DNA of 64,000 nt from an uncultured delta proteobacterium (GTDB taxonomy: Bacteria > Desulfobacterota > Binatia > Binatales > Binataceae): positions 1,920,001-1,984,000 of the forward strand of contig CAWEEQ010000004.1 in the NCBI GenBank assembly GCA_963808235.1, given 5' to 3'. The notes beneath the pieces are model-generated. The model did no database searches. It saw only the letters and a list, made by a program, of their open reading frames with translations, and was not told where the DNA came from. Of the stretch, positions 50,164-59,088 are shown piece after piece (the first letter of the stretch is position 1; each line of letters begins with the position of its first letter). A program made the position numbers and the translations under genes.

Positions 50164-52037
50164 TCCGCCGACGCGCGCTGGCTGTCGTCAGGTTCAACAG
50201 GAATTTGAACGCGTGCGGCTTGCGGACGCTCCAACCACCACAAGAGGACGAACGCAATACATCCGGTCACGGTCAACAGGAGCGCGAGCATCATGTGTTC
50301 CGGTTCGTAAAAGATGGATAGCCGTTGATGACCCGCCGGAACCTCGACCGCCAGACGCCCGCGATCCGAAGTCACGGTGCCGTTTCCGGATTCCACTTGC
50401 CAATCGATATCGAAATTCTGGTTGATCACCAACGTGGTCGCGGCAGTCGCGGAAATATCGAAAGACAAGCGATTCGGTGACCACTTCTTTTGCGCGACGG
50501 TTCCGTCCGACATGTAATATTCGCCGAGATAGCCCTTCTGGTTGTAGCCGAGGATAAATTTGTTGGGCGGCACATTGTAGCCAAAGCCCTGGCAATTTAC
50601 CGATCCCATATTCGCCTCGGCTATATAGGTCATAATGATCGGCGTTTCCACCCAGAATTGGCGAAACGATTCGGACCACGGCGGGCGCTCGAAGTCGTAG
50701 TGGAAGAGATAGCGGTAGTTCGGCGACCCGACTAACCAAGCATCGATGAGCCCGACGCTCAGGAGCACAGCCGCGACTCGCGGGCCCCATAAGGACCAAT
50801 GTTCGCACATAAACTCGGCGCCAAGGGCAGCCAGTACGCTGACGCAGAAGACCAGCGGAATTCCCCAGCGGCCGCATATTCCGATGTTCGCGCCGAAGGG
50901 TAATTCACGAACGTAAGTAATCAGTGCATTCGGCCCGGTGTCGCCCCGAAAGAGCAGAAAAAAGACCACGACTCCGAAAACGAATGGCAACGCGCGCCGC
51001 GGTGCCCCGACGATTCCGGCCAGTGCAAACGCGACGAAGGGCGCCCCGAGATAGGCTCCATACTCGGTCATCCAGAACACGCTCGGACTCGGACGGTAAA
51101 CGTCCTGATTTCTTGAAAAGAGCGAGATCATCGCGCCGGTCCAACTGATCCATGAGGCGCCAAATACCTTTGGATGAAGTCTCAGCGCCTCTGCGGCGGG
51201 GATGAATTTGAGTGCGCAGAGACAGAATGCGAACGCCCCGATTATCGCCGCCATGATCAGCGGGCGGATGCTCAGCATGGTTGTCGCAAGGGTCGTCGCG
51301 ACTATCGCAATGAGAATTATCGTATAGAGAAACGTGTAGTTGCCTTCGGTCAGGGTCAGCGCGCAGAACAAGCCGCCGATCGCCGCCGGGAACGCGCGCC
51401 TCAGCCGGCACGCCGCCAGCAGCATCGCGATGATCCATGGGAAATACACTGCGGGAAGAAAGTTCAGATGTCCGACCGCGATATGAAGCGGCAGCCATGA
51501 ACTCGAGGGAAACATACCAGCCAGTACCACGCATGCAATCGGTCGCAGCCCAAGCTCGCGCCCGAGCACGTAGCCACCGGCGAAACCAATAGCGATATGA
51601 AGATAGATCTCCAGGAAGATGCCGGCCAGCAATCCGCCAGCCAGGTAGATCAGCAAAAACGGAGTGACGATGCTCGACTCGGGATTGCCCAGCATCGCCA
51701 CCCCGCCGCATTTGTAGGGATTCCAAAACGGCCACTGATGGAAGTGGGTCAGGGTGTAATACGGCACCCAGCGAAGTTGGTCGAACAAGTCAGAGTCGTT
51801 GTTGATCGGCAGTCTGGCCAGGTTGCTGAAGTGCGGCGCCTCGAACAGCCAATCATGGATGCCCGGCCCGAGGTATTTGATGTCGCACAGGATCGGGTAA
51901 AAGAACACCGCCGCAAAGGCCAGGGACCCGAGCACGACCCACGCGAATTCGCGCGCGTCGAGACGGAAGATGGATCCAGGTGTGTCGTCCGACGGGCCAG
52001 CAAAGAAGCGGCTCATGCTCAAGTCGGTTCGTATCAC
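50160..52037 (-). CDS. YfhO-like GT-C membrane glycosyltransferase (paralog of the neighbour)
   Basis: NDSD, PFWNPYKCGG..LGNPES, VGH, C-terminal NQNFD..W...GRLAV.VPAG; overlaps the next gene by 4 nt. Confidence 0.72.
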   Translation of the reverse strand: MIRTDLSMSRFFAGPSDDTPGSIFRLDAREFAWVVLGSLAFAAVFFYPILCDIKYLGPGIHDWLFEAPHFSNLARLPINNDSDLFDQLRWVPYYTLTHFHQWPFWNPYKCGGVAMLGNPESSIVTPFLLIYLAGGLLAGIFLEIYLHIAIGFAGGYVLGRELGLRPIACVVLAGMFPSSSWLPLHIAVGHLNFLPAVYFPWIIAMLLAACRLRRAFPAAIGGLFCALTLTEGNYTFLYTIILIAIVATTLATTMLSIRPLIMAAIIGAFAFCLCALKFIPAAEALRLHPKVFGASWISWTGAMISLFSRNQDVYRPSPSVFWMTEYGAYLGAPFVAFALAGIVGAPRRALPFVFGVVVFFLLFRGDTGPNALITYVRELPFGANIGICGRWGIPLVFCVSVLAALGAEFMCEHWSLWGPRVAAVLLSVGLIDAWLVGSPNYRYLFHYDFERPPWSESFRQFWVETPIIMTYIAEANMGSVNCQGFGYNVPPNKFILGYNQKGYLGEYYMSDGTVAQKKWSPNRLSFDISATAATTLVINQNFDIDWQVESGNGTVTSDRGRLAVEVPAGHQRLSIFYEPEHMMLALLLTVTGCIAFVLLWWLERPQAARVQIPVEPDDSQRASAE

Positions 52038-52053
52038 CGGTATGTTCGTGGCC

Positions 52054-52785
52054 TCAGGATGAAGGCGTCGGAGACGTGGCCGCGCCGCGTTTTATCGCCA
52101 CTTGCGTTGCGACCCATTGGAAAAGCTGCGGCGCCGAGCTGTCCTGAGGCGCGGTGTCTCCAGGCTGGGTCTGGTAATTGGACAGAATCCAGTACTCGGA
52201 CACGGTCGCCTCGTGATTCAGCACTACGTTCACGTCAGGGGGCAGCGTCGGATTCAATCCCACGTTGCCAAAATCGGTGGCGTTGAAGGCAAGGATGAGA
52301 TCGCCGTCGCTGGTCGTCGAAACCGATTTGGCGGACAGCAATCCGCCGTTGCCGGTGTTGTGACTGGTCATGTCGATCGGCCACGGCGTCGCGACATTGT
52401 CGAGCAGCATGATTGCGCCTTGCGCGTCGACCGGCGCGCTGAAGGTCCACGTCGCCGTGCCGGGATCGTTGGCGGCGATTGCATGCCCATAGAGCGACTG
52501 CCGGGTCGTTATCGTAGAGTCGTCGCGAATCAACTGCCATCCGGCGGGTGCGGTGATCGCCGGTTTCGGACCGCCGTAACTAAGTACGTCGGCGATGGCG
52601 AACTGGCCGACTCGGCCCTTGGAACCCCAGTCGAGAGTGAGGCTCGTGGTCGCCTTCTTCATCGGCGCTTGCGCGGAGAATACTACATCGGAGCCGCCGA
52701 CCGTATTTTCCGCGGTTTGAGATGGCCCGGAATTGCATCCGGCGAGAACAACGACCGCAACCGCAATCAACGCGTACCTGAACAT
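52054..52785 (-). CDS. Lipoprotein with beta-rich extracellular domain and Ser/Thr/Pro tail
   Basis: ATG 52785 after GGGGAGGA; MFRYALIAVAVVVLAG-C lipobox; ITAPAGWQLI; ends AATSPTPSS. Confidence 0.78.
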   Translation of the reverse strand: MFRYALIAVAVVVLAGCNSGPSQTAENTVGGSDVVFSAQAPMKKATTSLTLDWGSKGRVGQFAIADVLSYGGPKPAITAPAGWQLIRDDSTITTRQSLYGHAIAANDPGTATWTFSAPVDAQGAIMLLDNVATPWPIDMTSHNTGNGGLLSAKSVSTTSDGDLILAFNATDFGNVGLNPTLPPDVNVVLNHEATVSEYWILSNYQTQPGDTAPQDSSAPQLFQWVATQVAIKRGAATSPTPSS

Positions 52786-52808
52786 TGGTCCTCCCCTACG
52801 TGACGGCT

Positions 52809-53630
52809 TCAAGGTTTCTTTGCGAACGGACGATCGCGCTCGGTGAGCGCGCCTTTCAATCCCTTCTCGCGGCTGGCCTTCATCCAGTTCTTTACGGTGT
52901 CGGTCTGATGCGCGATCACATCGATGTCGGCGGCGGATTGTTCCGCGGCGCGAATCCCGAGTATATCGAGATACCGGTTCACCGCGGCCTTGTGCAACAT
53001 CAACAACTCCGCCGGAACCATCGCAACCCGGCGCGCATAGTTCATCGTTTCCTCTTCGAGTTTGTCCTTGGGAAAGACTCGATTCACCAGATGCCATTCG
53101 AGCGCTTCTTTCGCGGACATGTAATCGCCCGTGAAGAAGTACTCTTTGGTTTTGCGCGGGCCCATCAGCACCGGCCACATCGACATCGTCGGCAGGATTC
53201 CCAGAGAGCGTCCCGCCGGATGCCCGAACTGAGCGTCCTCGCTTGCGAACACGATATCGCAGTGGCCGACGAACTCGGTGCCGCCGGCGAGGCAGTAGCC
53301 GTGCACTTGCGCGATGGTGGGCTTGTTGATTGCCCACAGCCGCTGCCATCGCTCGATAGTCTTGTGCAGGCCGAGACGATCGTTGGTAACAGTGAACGTC
53401 GCGCCGGGGTGCTGCGTGCCCTGCAAATCGTAGCCGGCGGAAAACGCGCGGCCCGCGCCCCGGATGATCAGCACGCTCGCATCGGGGTTCGACTCGTACT
53501 CGTCCATCACGAGGTCGAGTTCCTTGAGCAGCTTTTGCGACAGTGCGTTGAGTTTCTCGGGCCGGTTCAGAGTCAGCCGGTAGATCTTGTCCTCGACCTT
53601 CTCGTAGATGACGGTCTCGTAGTTCGCCAT
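52809..53630 (-). CDS. Enoyl-CoA hydratase/isomerase family protein
   Basis: LNRPEKLNAL, AFSAGYDL, KPTIAQVHGYCLAGG. Confidence 0.92.
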   Translation of the reverse strand: MANYETVIYEKVEDKIYRLTLNRPEKLNALSQKLLKELDLVMDEYESNPDASVLIIRGAGRAFSAGYDLQGTQHPGATFTVTNDRLGLHKTIERWQRLWAINKPTIAQVHGYCLAGGTEFVGHCDIVFASEDAQFGHPAGRSLGILPTMSMWPVLMGPRKTKEYFFTGDYMSAKEALEWHLVNRVFPKDKLEEETMNYARRVAMVPAELLMLHKAAVNRYLDILGIRAAEQSAADIDVIAHQTDTVKNWMKASREKGLKGALTERDRPFAKKP

Positions 53631-53646
53631 CGTATCCTCCGGACTG

Positions 53647-54471
53647 TTAATTCGCTGCAGCCAGAAAATCTCCTGCGACGCGCGCGGTTTCGTCCGGCAC
53701 TTCCCAGAAGAACATGTGGCCTGCCGCTTTCAAAGTGTGTTTCTTCGAGCCGGCGATCGCGCCGTGCAGGACTTCGGCGTTAGGAAACGGGACGATCGAA
53801 TCGTCGTCGCCGTGAATGATCATCGTTGGCGATTTGATTTGCGGAAGACGCGCGAAGCTGTCGAAGCCTCCGATCGCCTGCCCCTGGCGCATGAAGGTGT
53901 GCATCGGCGTTATCGGATAGTTGCCCATCTCGGCGATTGCCTGGGTGAGAATCCCCTGCCCCGCTTGCGAATTCAGAAATGCCTTTCCGCACGCCACTGA
54001 AAATGCGCGGCGCGCCTGCTCGATCGGATCCATGCCCGGCGCGGGCATCAGGTTCGCGATAGCTTCAGGCGCGGCCGGAACAGAGTGACTCGATCCGCAG
54101 TTGGTGCATCCGAGCACCAGCCCGCGGGTCCGCTCGGGATATGCGAGCACGAACTCCTGCGCGATCATCCCACCCATCGAGATTCCGAAAATGTGCGCGC
54201 GCGGCGTCCTGGCGTGATCGAGCACCGCGGCTACATCCGCGGCCATCTGGCGGAGCGTGAACTCGGCGTCGGGCTTGTCGCTCTCGCCGGTGCCACGGTT
54301 ATCGATCACAAAGATCTTGAACCGCGCTTCCATCAATTTCAAAAATGCCTCGCCCCATCCGCGTCCGGAGCCGCTGAATCCCATGATGAGTGCGACCGGC
54401 TCGCCGGCGCCGCGAATTTCGTAGCGAAGCTTGAGGCCGTCGCTGGTCTGCGCGAAGTCACGTACTGCCAC
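53647..54471 (-). CDS. Alpha/beta fold hydrolase
   Basis: DNRGTGESD, GISMGG, HGDDD, AGH. Confidence 0.92.
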   Translation of the reverse strand: MAVRDFAQTSDGLKLRYEIRGAGEPVALIMGFSGSGRGWGEAFLKLMEARFKIFVIDNRGTGESDKPDAEFTLRQMAADVAAVLDHARTPRAHIFGISMGGMIAQEFVLAYPERTRGLVLGCTNCGSSHSVPAAPEAIANLMPAPGMDPIEQARRAFSVACGKAFLNSQAGQGILTQAIAEMGNYPITPMHTFMRQGQAIGGFDSFARLPQIKSPTMIIHGDDDSIVPFPNAEVLHGAIAGSKKHTLKAAGHMFFWEVPDETARVAGDFLAAAN

Positions 54472-54558
54472 GTCGAAGTCTCCTTAGTTAGACGAATAGA
54501 TCGATGACGCGATGCGCGCGCCTGCTCCCCGCAATCGGCGCCCTCCCCCTGCGCTCGG

Positions 54559-55740
54559 CTAGCCCTTGGGCAATCCGAGCACCCGCTCGCCAATGATGTT
54601 GTGCTGGATCTGATTCGTACCCGCATAGATCGTCGGACCGCGCGCCGCGAGCATCCTGAACGACCACTTGCCCTTGTCGACCGCGAACGGCGCGCCGAAT
54701 TCCATCTGGCTGTACGGCCCGAGCAGCTCCATCGCGTAGAGCGCGATCTTGAGCGCAAGCTCGGTGCTGCAAAGCTTCATCATCGAGCCTTCCGGCCCCG
54801 GCGGCAGTCCCTTCAATTGGCGGGTCAACTGCCGATAGCCGGTGTATCTGAGCGCCTGCGCGTCGGCGGCGAACTCCGCGACCTTCTGCCTGACGCTCGA
54901 ATCGTCCCACGCGTTGCTGCCATTGCGCGGGATTCGCTTTGCGAGCTTCGCGAGTTCGTATACTTCGCCCATCGGGTCTGCGCCGCCGCCGCCACCGCGC
55001 TCGAACATCAGCGTGGTCATCGCAACCTGCCATCCGTTGTTGCGCTCGCCGACGACATTCTTTTTCGGCACTCGAACATCTTCGAAGAAAACTTCGTTGA
55101 AGCCCTTGCCGCCGGTCATCTGCACCAGCGGGCGCACGGTGACGCCGGGGCTGTGCATATCGATCAGCAGGTAGCTGATTCCCTTGTGCTTGGGCGCGTC
55201 GGGATCGGTGCGCACCAGGGCGAAAATCATGTCCGCATGCTGCGCCATCGAGGTCCAGACTTTCTGCCCGTTGACGACGAAGTCGTCGCCGTCGTCGACC
55301 GCGCGGGTGGACACCGAGGCGAGGTCTGAGCCCGAGCCCGGTTCCGAGTATCCCTGGCACCAGATCTCCTCGCCCTTAAGAATTTTCGGGATGTGATTCT
55401 TCTTTTGTTCCTCGGTCCCCCAGTGGATCAGGGTCGGGCCGAGCAGGCTGATGCCCATCCCGATGAAAGGTTCGCCGAGACCGAGCCTGTGAAGTTCCTC
55501 GCGATAGATCGTGCGCTGCATCACGGTCGCGCCGCGTCCGCCGTATTCCTTGGGCCAATTGGCGGCGACCCAGGCGCCTTCGTTGAGTTTCTTGTGCCAG
55601 CGGACTCGCGCCTCCCAGTCGCCCTCGCCTTCGTCGGCCATGAGATTGCTCGGCGGCGGCGCGAACTTCTTGTTCGCTTCGAGCCAGGATCGCAATTCGA
55701 CGCGAAACGCCTCGTCCTCTGGGCTATAGTTGAAATCCAT
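54559..55740 (-). CDS. Acyl-CoA dehydrogenase (FadE26/IpdE1-like)
   Basis: CQGYSEPGSGSDLAS, NGQKVWTS, FNEVFFEDVRVP, TTLMFER, IYAGTNQIQHNIIGER. Confidence 0.93.
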   Translation of the reverse strand: MDFNYSPEDEAFRVELRSWLEANKKFAPPPSNLMADEGEGDWEARVRWHKKLNEGAWVAANWPKEYGGRGATVMQRTIYREELHRLGLGEPFIGMGISLLGPTLIHWGTEEQKKNHIPKILKGEEIWCQGYSEPGSGSDLASVSTRAVDDGDDFVVNGQKVWTSMAQHADMIFALVRTDPDAPKHKGISYLLIDMHSPGVTVRPLVQMTGGKGFNEVFFEDVRVPKKNVVGERNNGWQVAMTTLMFERGGGGGADPMGEVYELAKLAKRIPRNGSNAWDDSSVRQKVAEFAADAQALRYTGYRQLTRQLKGLPPGPEGSMMKLCSTELALKIALYAMELLGPYSQMEFGAPFAVDKGKWSFRMLAARGPTIYAGTNQIQHNIIGERVLGLPKG

Positions 55741-55780
55741 CTAGTTACTTTTGCCTCACCGCTGATTCCGTGATTCCGCG

Positions 55781-55860
55781 CGCTAGCTCTTGGGCAACCC
55801 GAGAACGCGCTCGCCTATAATATTATGCTGGATCTGGTTGCTGCCCGCAGCTATCGTGCC
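55781..55860 (-). repeat. Displaced 3' end of the acyl-CoA dehydrogenase gene (direct repeat copy A, att-like)
   Basis: 74/80 nt identical to 57721-57800; encodes GTIAAGSNQIQHNIIGERVLGLPKS-stop with no upstream gene body. Confidence 0.9.
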
Positions 55861-55961
55861 ATCGCTTTCTGGACCGCCTCGTTCTACCAAAAACTCACAA
55901 AGCAGTGAAAGGTCTGGTGAAATTTGCCAAGTCCCAGCAAACCTTGAATTGCTCTGCCCAA

Positions 55962-56474
55962 TCAGGGGTCGAGCAACGCGGCATCGAAGCCGGCACGGGC
56001 AAGTGCACGGCGGGCAGACGATTCGACCCTCGGACTGTCCACGTGCGCGGCGGCGGGCACCTCTGGCGCCGCGCGAAGGCAGCTCACGAGTGCTTCGGCC
56101 TCGGCGTCGGCTATCCGGTCGCACTCCGCGTACACACCGTCCGGCCCCTCTTCGACGCGATTGTGTATCGCCAGCACCGTCGTTAGCGCTCGCAGGACCG
56201 CGTTGCGTGGCGTGGGCACCAGCAGCGCCGCGATGGCACCGTGATCCAGTCGCAGCCGACTGGCGAGCGCGAGTGGTTCGCCGGTTCGACGCCGTTGTAT
56301 CGCGGGGAGCAGAATCTTCTCCTCCATGCCGATGTGCTTCAGAAGTCCGCGGCGGAACTCGCTGTATGCCTCCATATCGGTATCGCCTGGATTGCGGGCG
56401 GCGCGAGCGAGCAATTGATCGAGGCGCGCATGATCGCGTTCGAGGAAGCTCCGGATTGTCTCTCGCTCGGTCAT
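55962..56474 (-). CDS. Hemerythrin (HHE) domain protein
   Basis: DHARLD, HIGMEEKILLP, LDH, HNRVEE metal-ligand pattern. Confidence 0.85.
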   Translation of the reverse strand: MTERETIRSFLERDHARLDQLLARAARNPGDTDMEAYSEFRRGLLKHIGMEEKILLPAIQRRRTGEPLALASRLRLDHGAIAALLVPTPRNAVLRALTTVLAIHNRVEEGPDGVYAECDRIADAEAEALVSCLRAAPEVPAAAHVDSPRVESSARRALARAGFDAALLDP

Positions 56475-56529
56475 CAAAATTCCCCCGCGTCACTCAGGGG
56501 CTCGCGCGGAAGATCCTTATTGCGCGAAT

Positions 56530-57693
56530 TCAGGAGCGAAGCATCTTCGGGCCGAAGAAGGCCAGCCAAACCGCCGAGCCCACAATCCACAAGGCGGCCG
56601 CCCATCCGAGGTGAACGAAATAGGTCTGACTGACATCGGCCGCGAGCCTCGCGCACAGCGCAATCACGAATGCAGCGCCCAGTATGATCACTGCGGTCGG
56701 ACGACCAAGGGCGAGCTGCTCCATGTTCAAATGGCTCATCGCAACGTGGCTGGCTACTCCGAAAACCAGCAGGCTAAAGCCGCCGATGTAAACGATGTGC
56801 ATGGCCGGCACGCGGTAGTCGGGCCAGACTGCCGAGGCGATCAATCCGACTGGCATGAGCCATACCGCGAGCCATACCAGCTTGCGATGCGCACCCGTCT
56901 TGCCTGGCAGGCGTAATGCGCCGCCGCCAAATCCGAGCCCGATCGCTACTACCATCGCGCGTAGAATCGGGCCGCTTCGTCCGAAGCCAAACTGCTCGAG
57001 CAGCAAGCTTAAGAAGATCGCCACTCCGGCGGCCGCGTATGCCAGAGCCTTCCAGGTTTCGCGCGGCGCTGAACCGAGGTCTGGCGGTGGAGGAGAGCCG
57101 CTCATGAGGGGCAGAACCAGACTGCCGATGCCGATTGCCATGCACAGAAATACGCCCTGCTCGACCAGCAGCACGCCGAGATAGCCGGTGGATGGAAGCA
57201 CCACGTTCGCGTCGGCTGCGGCGATCAGGGCGGCACCCGCCATTCCCTGCAAGGCGGCGATAGGCAGGAGTACAAACGCGGCTGGCGGGCGGCGTCCAGC
57301 CTTGCCGGCCAGAAATCGGCGCAGCGCAAACTGGATGAGCAGCACGAACAGCGCTGCGTACGCGATTTCGGCCAAGATCCACGATTCGATGATCGCGGCA
57401 CCGGCGGTGATAATCAGCGCTGCGGCAAACGCCGCCAGCTCGATTCGCCCGACTGGCGCGGATTGCGTTCGGCGCGGCAGCGCTGTGAGCAGGAAGCCGA
57501 TCGCAAACGCCATCATGAATGCTTGCATCTGCACCAACCCGTGAAACCTGCACGAGTAGGTCGCTGTGGCTCCTGTTGCGTAAAGAAGCCAGTGGCCAAC
57601 ACCGATCCACCCGAGCGAGACACCCAGCGGGAAGAAGATTCGAAACGGTTCGATCCGCCATCTCGAGATGCCCGCGGTTAATGCGGGCGGCAC
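56530..57693 (-). CDS. nnrS: NnrS family membrane protein (NO/nitrosative stress)
   Basis: EPFRIFFPLG, FHG...GFLLTA.P, HIVYIGG...SHVAMSH; about 12 TM segments. Confidence 0.82.
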   Translation of the reverse strand: MPPALTAGISRWRIEPFRIFFPLGVSLGWIGVGHWLLYATGATATYSCRFHGLVQMQAFMMAFAIGFLLTALPRRTQSAPVGRIELAAFAAALIITAGAAIIESWILAEIAYAALFVLLIQFALRRFLAGKAGRRPPAAFVLLPIAALQGMAGAALIAAADANVVLPSTGYLGVLLVEQGVFLCMAIGIGSLVLPLMSGSPPPPDLGSAPRETWKALAYAAAGVAIFLSLLLEQFGFGRSGPILRAMVVAIGLGFGGGALRLPGKTGAHRKLVWLAVWLMPVGLIASAVWPDYRVPAMHIVYIGGFSLLVFGVASHVAMSHLNMEQLALGRPTAVIILGAAFVIALCARLAADVSQTYFVHLGWAAALWIVGSAVWLAFFGPKMLRS

Positions 57694-57720
57694 ACCTTCG
57701 GTGTCGGCCAGCAGTGGCGT

Positions 57721-57800
57721 CGCTAGCCCTTGGGCAAACCGAGTACGCGCTCGCCGATAATATTATGCTGTATCTGGTTGCTGCCCGCAGCAATCGTGCC
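57721..57800 (-). repeat. Direct repeat copy B (current 3' end of the acyl-CoA dehydrogenase gene)
   Basis: 74/80 nt identical to 55781-55860. Confidence 0.9.
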
Positions 57801-58913
57801 GCCGCGCGCAGCGAGCATCCGGAACGACCACTTACCCTTGTCGATCGCGAATGGCGCCTGGTACTCCATTTGGCTGTACGGACCAAGGAGTTCCATCGCG
57901 TACAACTGGATGCGCATGTTCAGCTCGGTGCCGCAGAGCTTCATCATTGAGCCTTCCGGCCCCGGCGGCATCCCCTTGAGACGGCGCGTGAGTTGGCGAT
58001 AGCCCGTGTAGCGCAGCGCCGTTGCCTCGCAGTAGAACTCCGCGATTTTCTGGCGCACGCTGGCATCATCCCAAGCCGTGGCGCCATTGCGCGGGAGCGA
58101 TTTGGCGAGCTCCGTCAGCTCGCGGCATTGCGAGAGCCCGCCGCGATCTCCGCCGCCGCCCGATCGCTCGAACATCAGCGTGGTGATCGCGACCTGCCAT
58201 CCCTGGTTCTTCTCGCCGACGAGATTTTTCTTCGGCACTCGAACGTCCTCGAAGAACACCTCGTTGAAACCCTTGCCGCCGGTTATCTGCACCAGCGGTC
58301 TCACGGTCACGCCGGGGCTGTGCATATCGACGAGGATGTAACTGATTCCCTTATGCTTGGGCGCTTCAGGGTCGGTGCGGACCAGCAAGAAGATCCAGTC
58401 GGCATGCTGCGCGATCGAGGTCCATACTTTCTGCCCATTGACGACGAAGTAGTCGCCGTCATCGACCGCGCGCGTCTGTAGCGACGCGAGATCGGAGCCC
58501 GAGCCGGGTTCGGAATATCCCTGGCACCAGACTTCTTCCGCCTTCATGATCGGCGGGATGAAGCGCTGCTTCTGTTCCTCGGTGCCCCAATGCAACAGCG
58601 TCGGCCCCAGGAGCGTGGTGCCCATCCCGATCATCGGCGCGTTAACGCCGGCGCGCGCGAGTTCCTCGTTGTAGACGATTGTCTGCAGGATGCTCGCGCC
58701 GCGTCCGCCGTACTGGGTCGGCCAGTTCGGCGCGAGCCATCGGCCCTCGGCCATCTTCTTCGCCCAGCGCCGTTGTTGGTCGAATGCGCCGCGGCCCTCG
58801 GCCATCCCGATGGTAGTCTCGCCCAAGTGCGGCGCGAATTGTTTGTTGGCGTCGAGCCAGGTGCGAAACTCGGCGCGGAAGGCTTCGTCTTCGGGATTGA
58901 AATTGAAATCCAT
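57723..58913 (-). CDS. Acyl-CoA dehydrogenase (close paralog of 54559-55740)
   Basis: MDFNFNPEDEAFR start; CQGYSEPGSGSDLASL, TTLMFER, IAAGSNQIQHNIIGER. Confidence 0.93.
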   Translation of the reverse strand: MDFNFNPEDEAFRAEFRTWLDANKQFAPHLGETTIGMAEGRGAFDQQRRWAKKMAEGRWLAPNWPTQYGGRGASILQTIVYNEELARAGVNAPMIGMGTTLLGPTLLHWGTEEQKQRFIPPIMKAEEVWCQGYSEPGSGSDLASLQTRAVDDGDYFVVNGQKVWTSIAQHADWIFLLVRTDPEAPKHKGISYILVDMHSPGVTVRPLVQITGGKGFNEVFFEDVRVPKKNLVGEKNQGWQVAITTLMFERSGGGGDRGGLSQCRELTELAKSLPRNGATAWDDASVRQKIAEFYCEATALRYTGYRQLTRRLKGMPPGPEGSMMKLCGTELNMRIQLYAMELLGPYSQMEYQAPFAIDKGKWSFRMLAARGGTIAAGSNQIQHNIIGERVLGLPKG

Positions 58914-59088
58914 CGGCAACTCCCTGGGACGGCTCGTCGTTCGTAAGCCTGCCCCGGCATCGAAAAGTTCGCGGCGTATCGCGCTTGAACTTAAAACAAT
59001 CCGACCGCGCTGCGCAAAGGGGCGGGCGTTGCCGTTTGACAAGAGTTTGGCGATTGCGGAAAGTCGAAATCCAATCCGTGATACGACG

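Larger units (their letters stand above)
55861..57800 (-). mobile_element. 1.94 kb integrase-less genomic islet (nnrS plus hemerythrin) inserted in the 3' end of an acyl-CoA dehydrogenase gene
   Basis: Bounded by 80-bp direct repeats 1940 nt apart; cargo unrelated to the surrounding acyl-CoA operon. Confidence 0.65.

Noticed and set aside
55783-56493. 236-aa ORF ending in an acyl-CoA dehydrogenase C-terminus, suggesting a fusion protein
   Set aside because: It is an alternative frame over the hemerythrin gene that happens to run into the displaced 3' fragment; the Arg-rich body does not look like a real protein.
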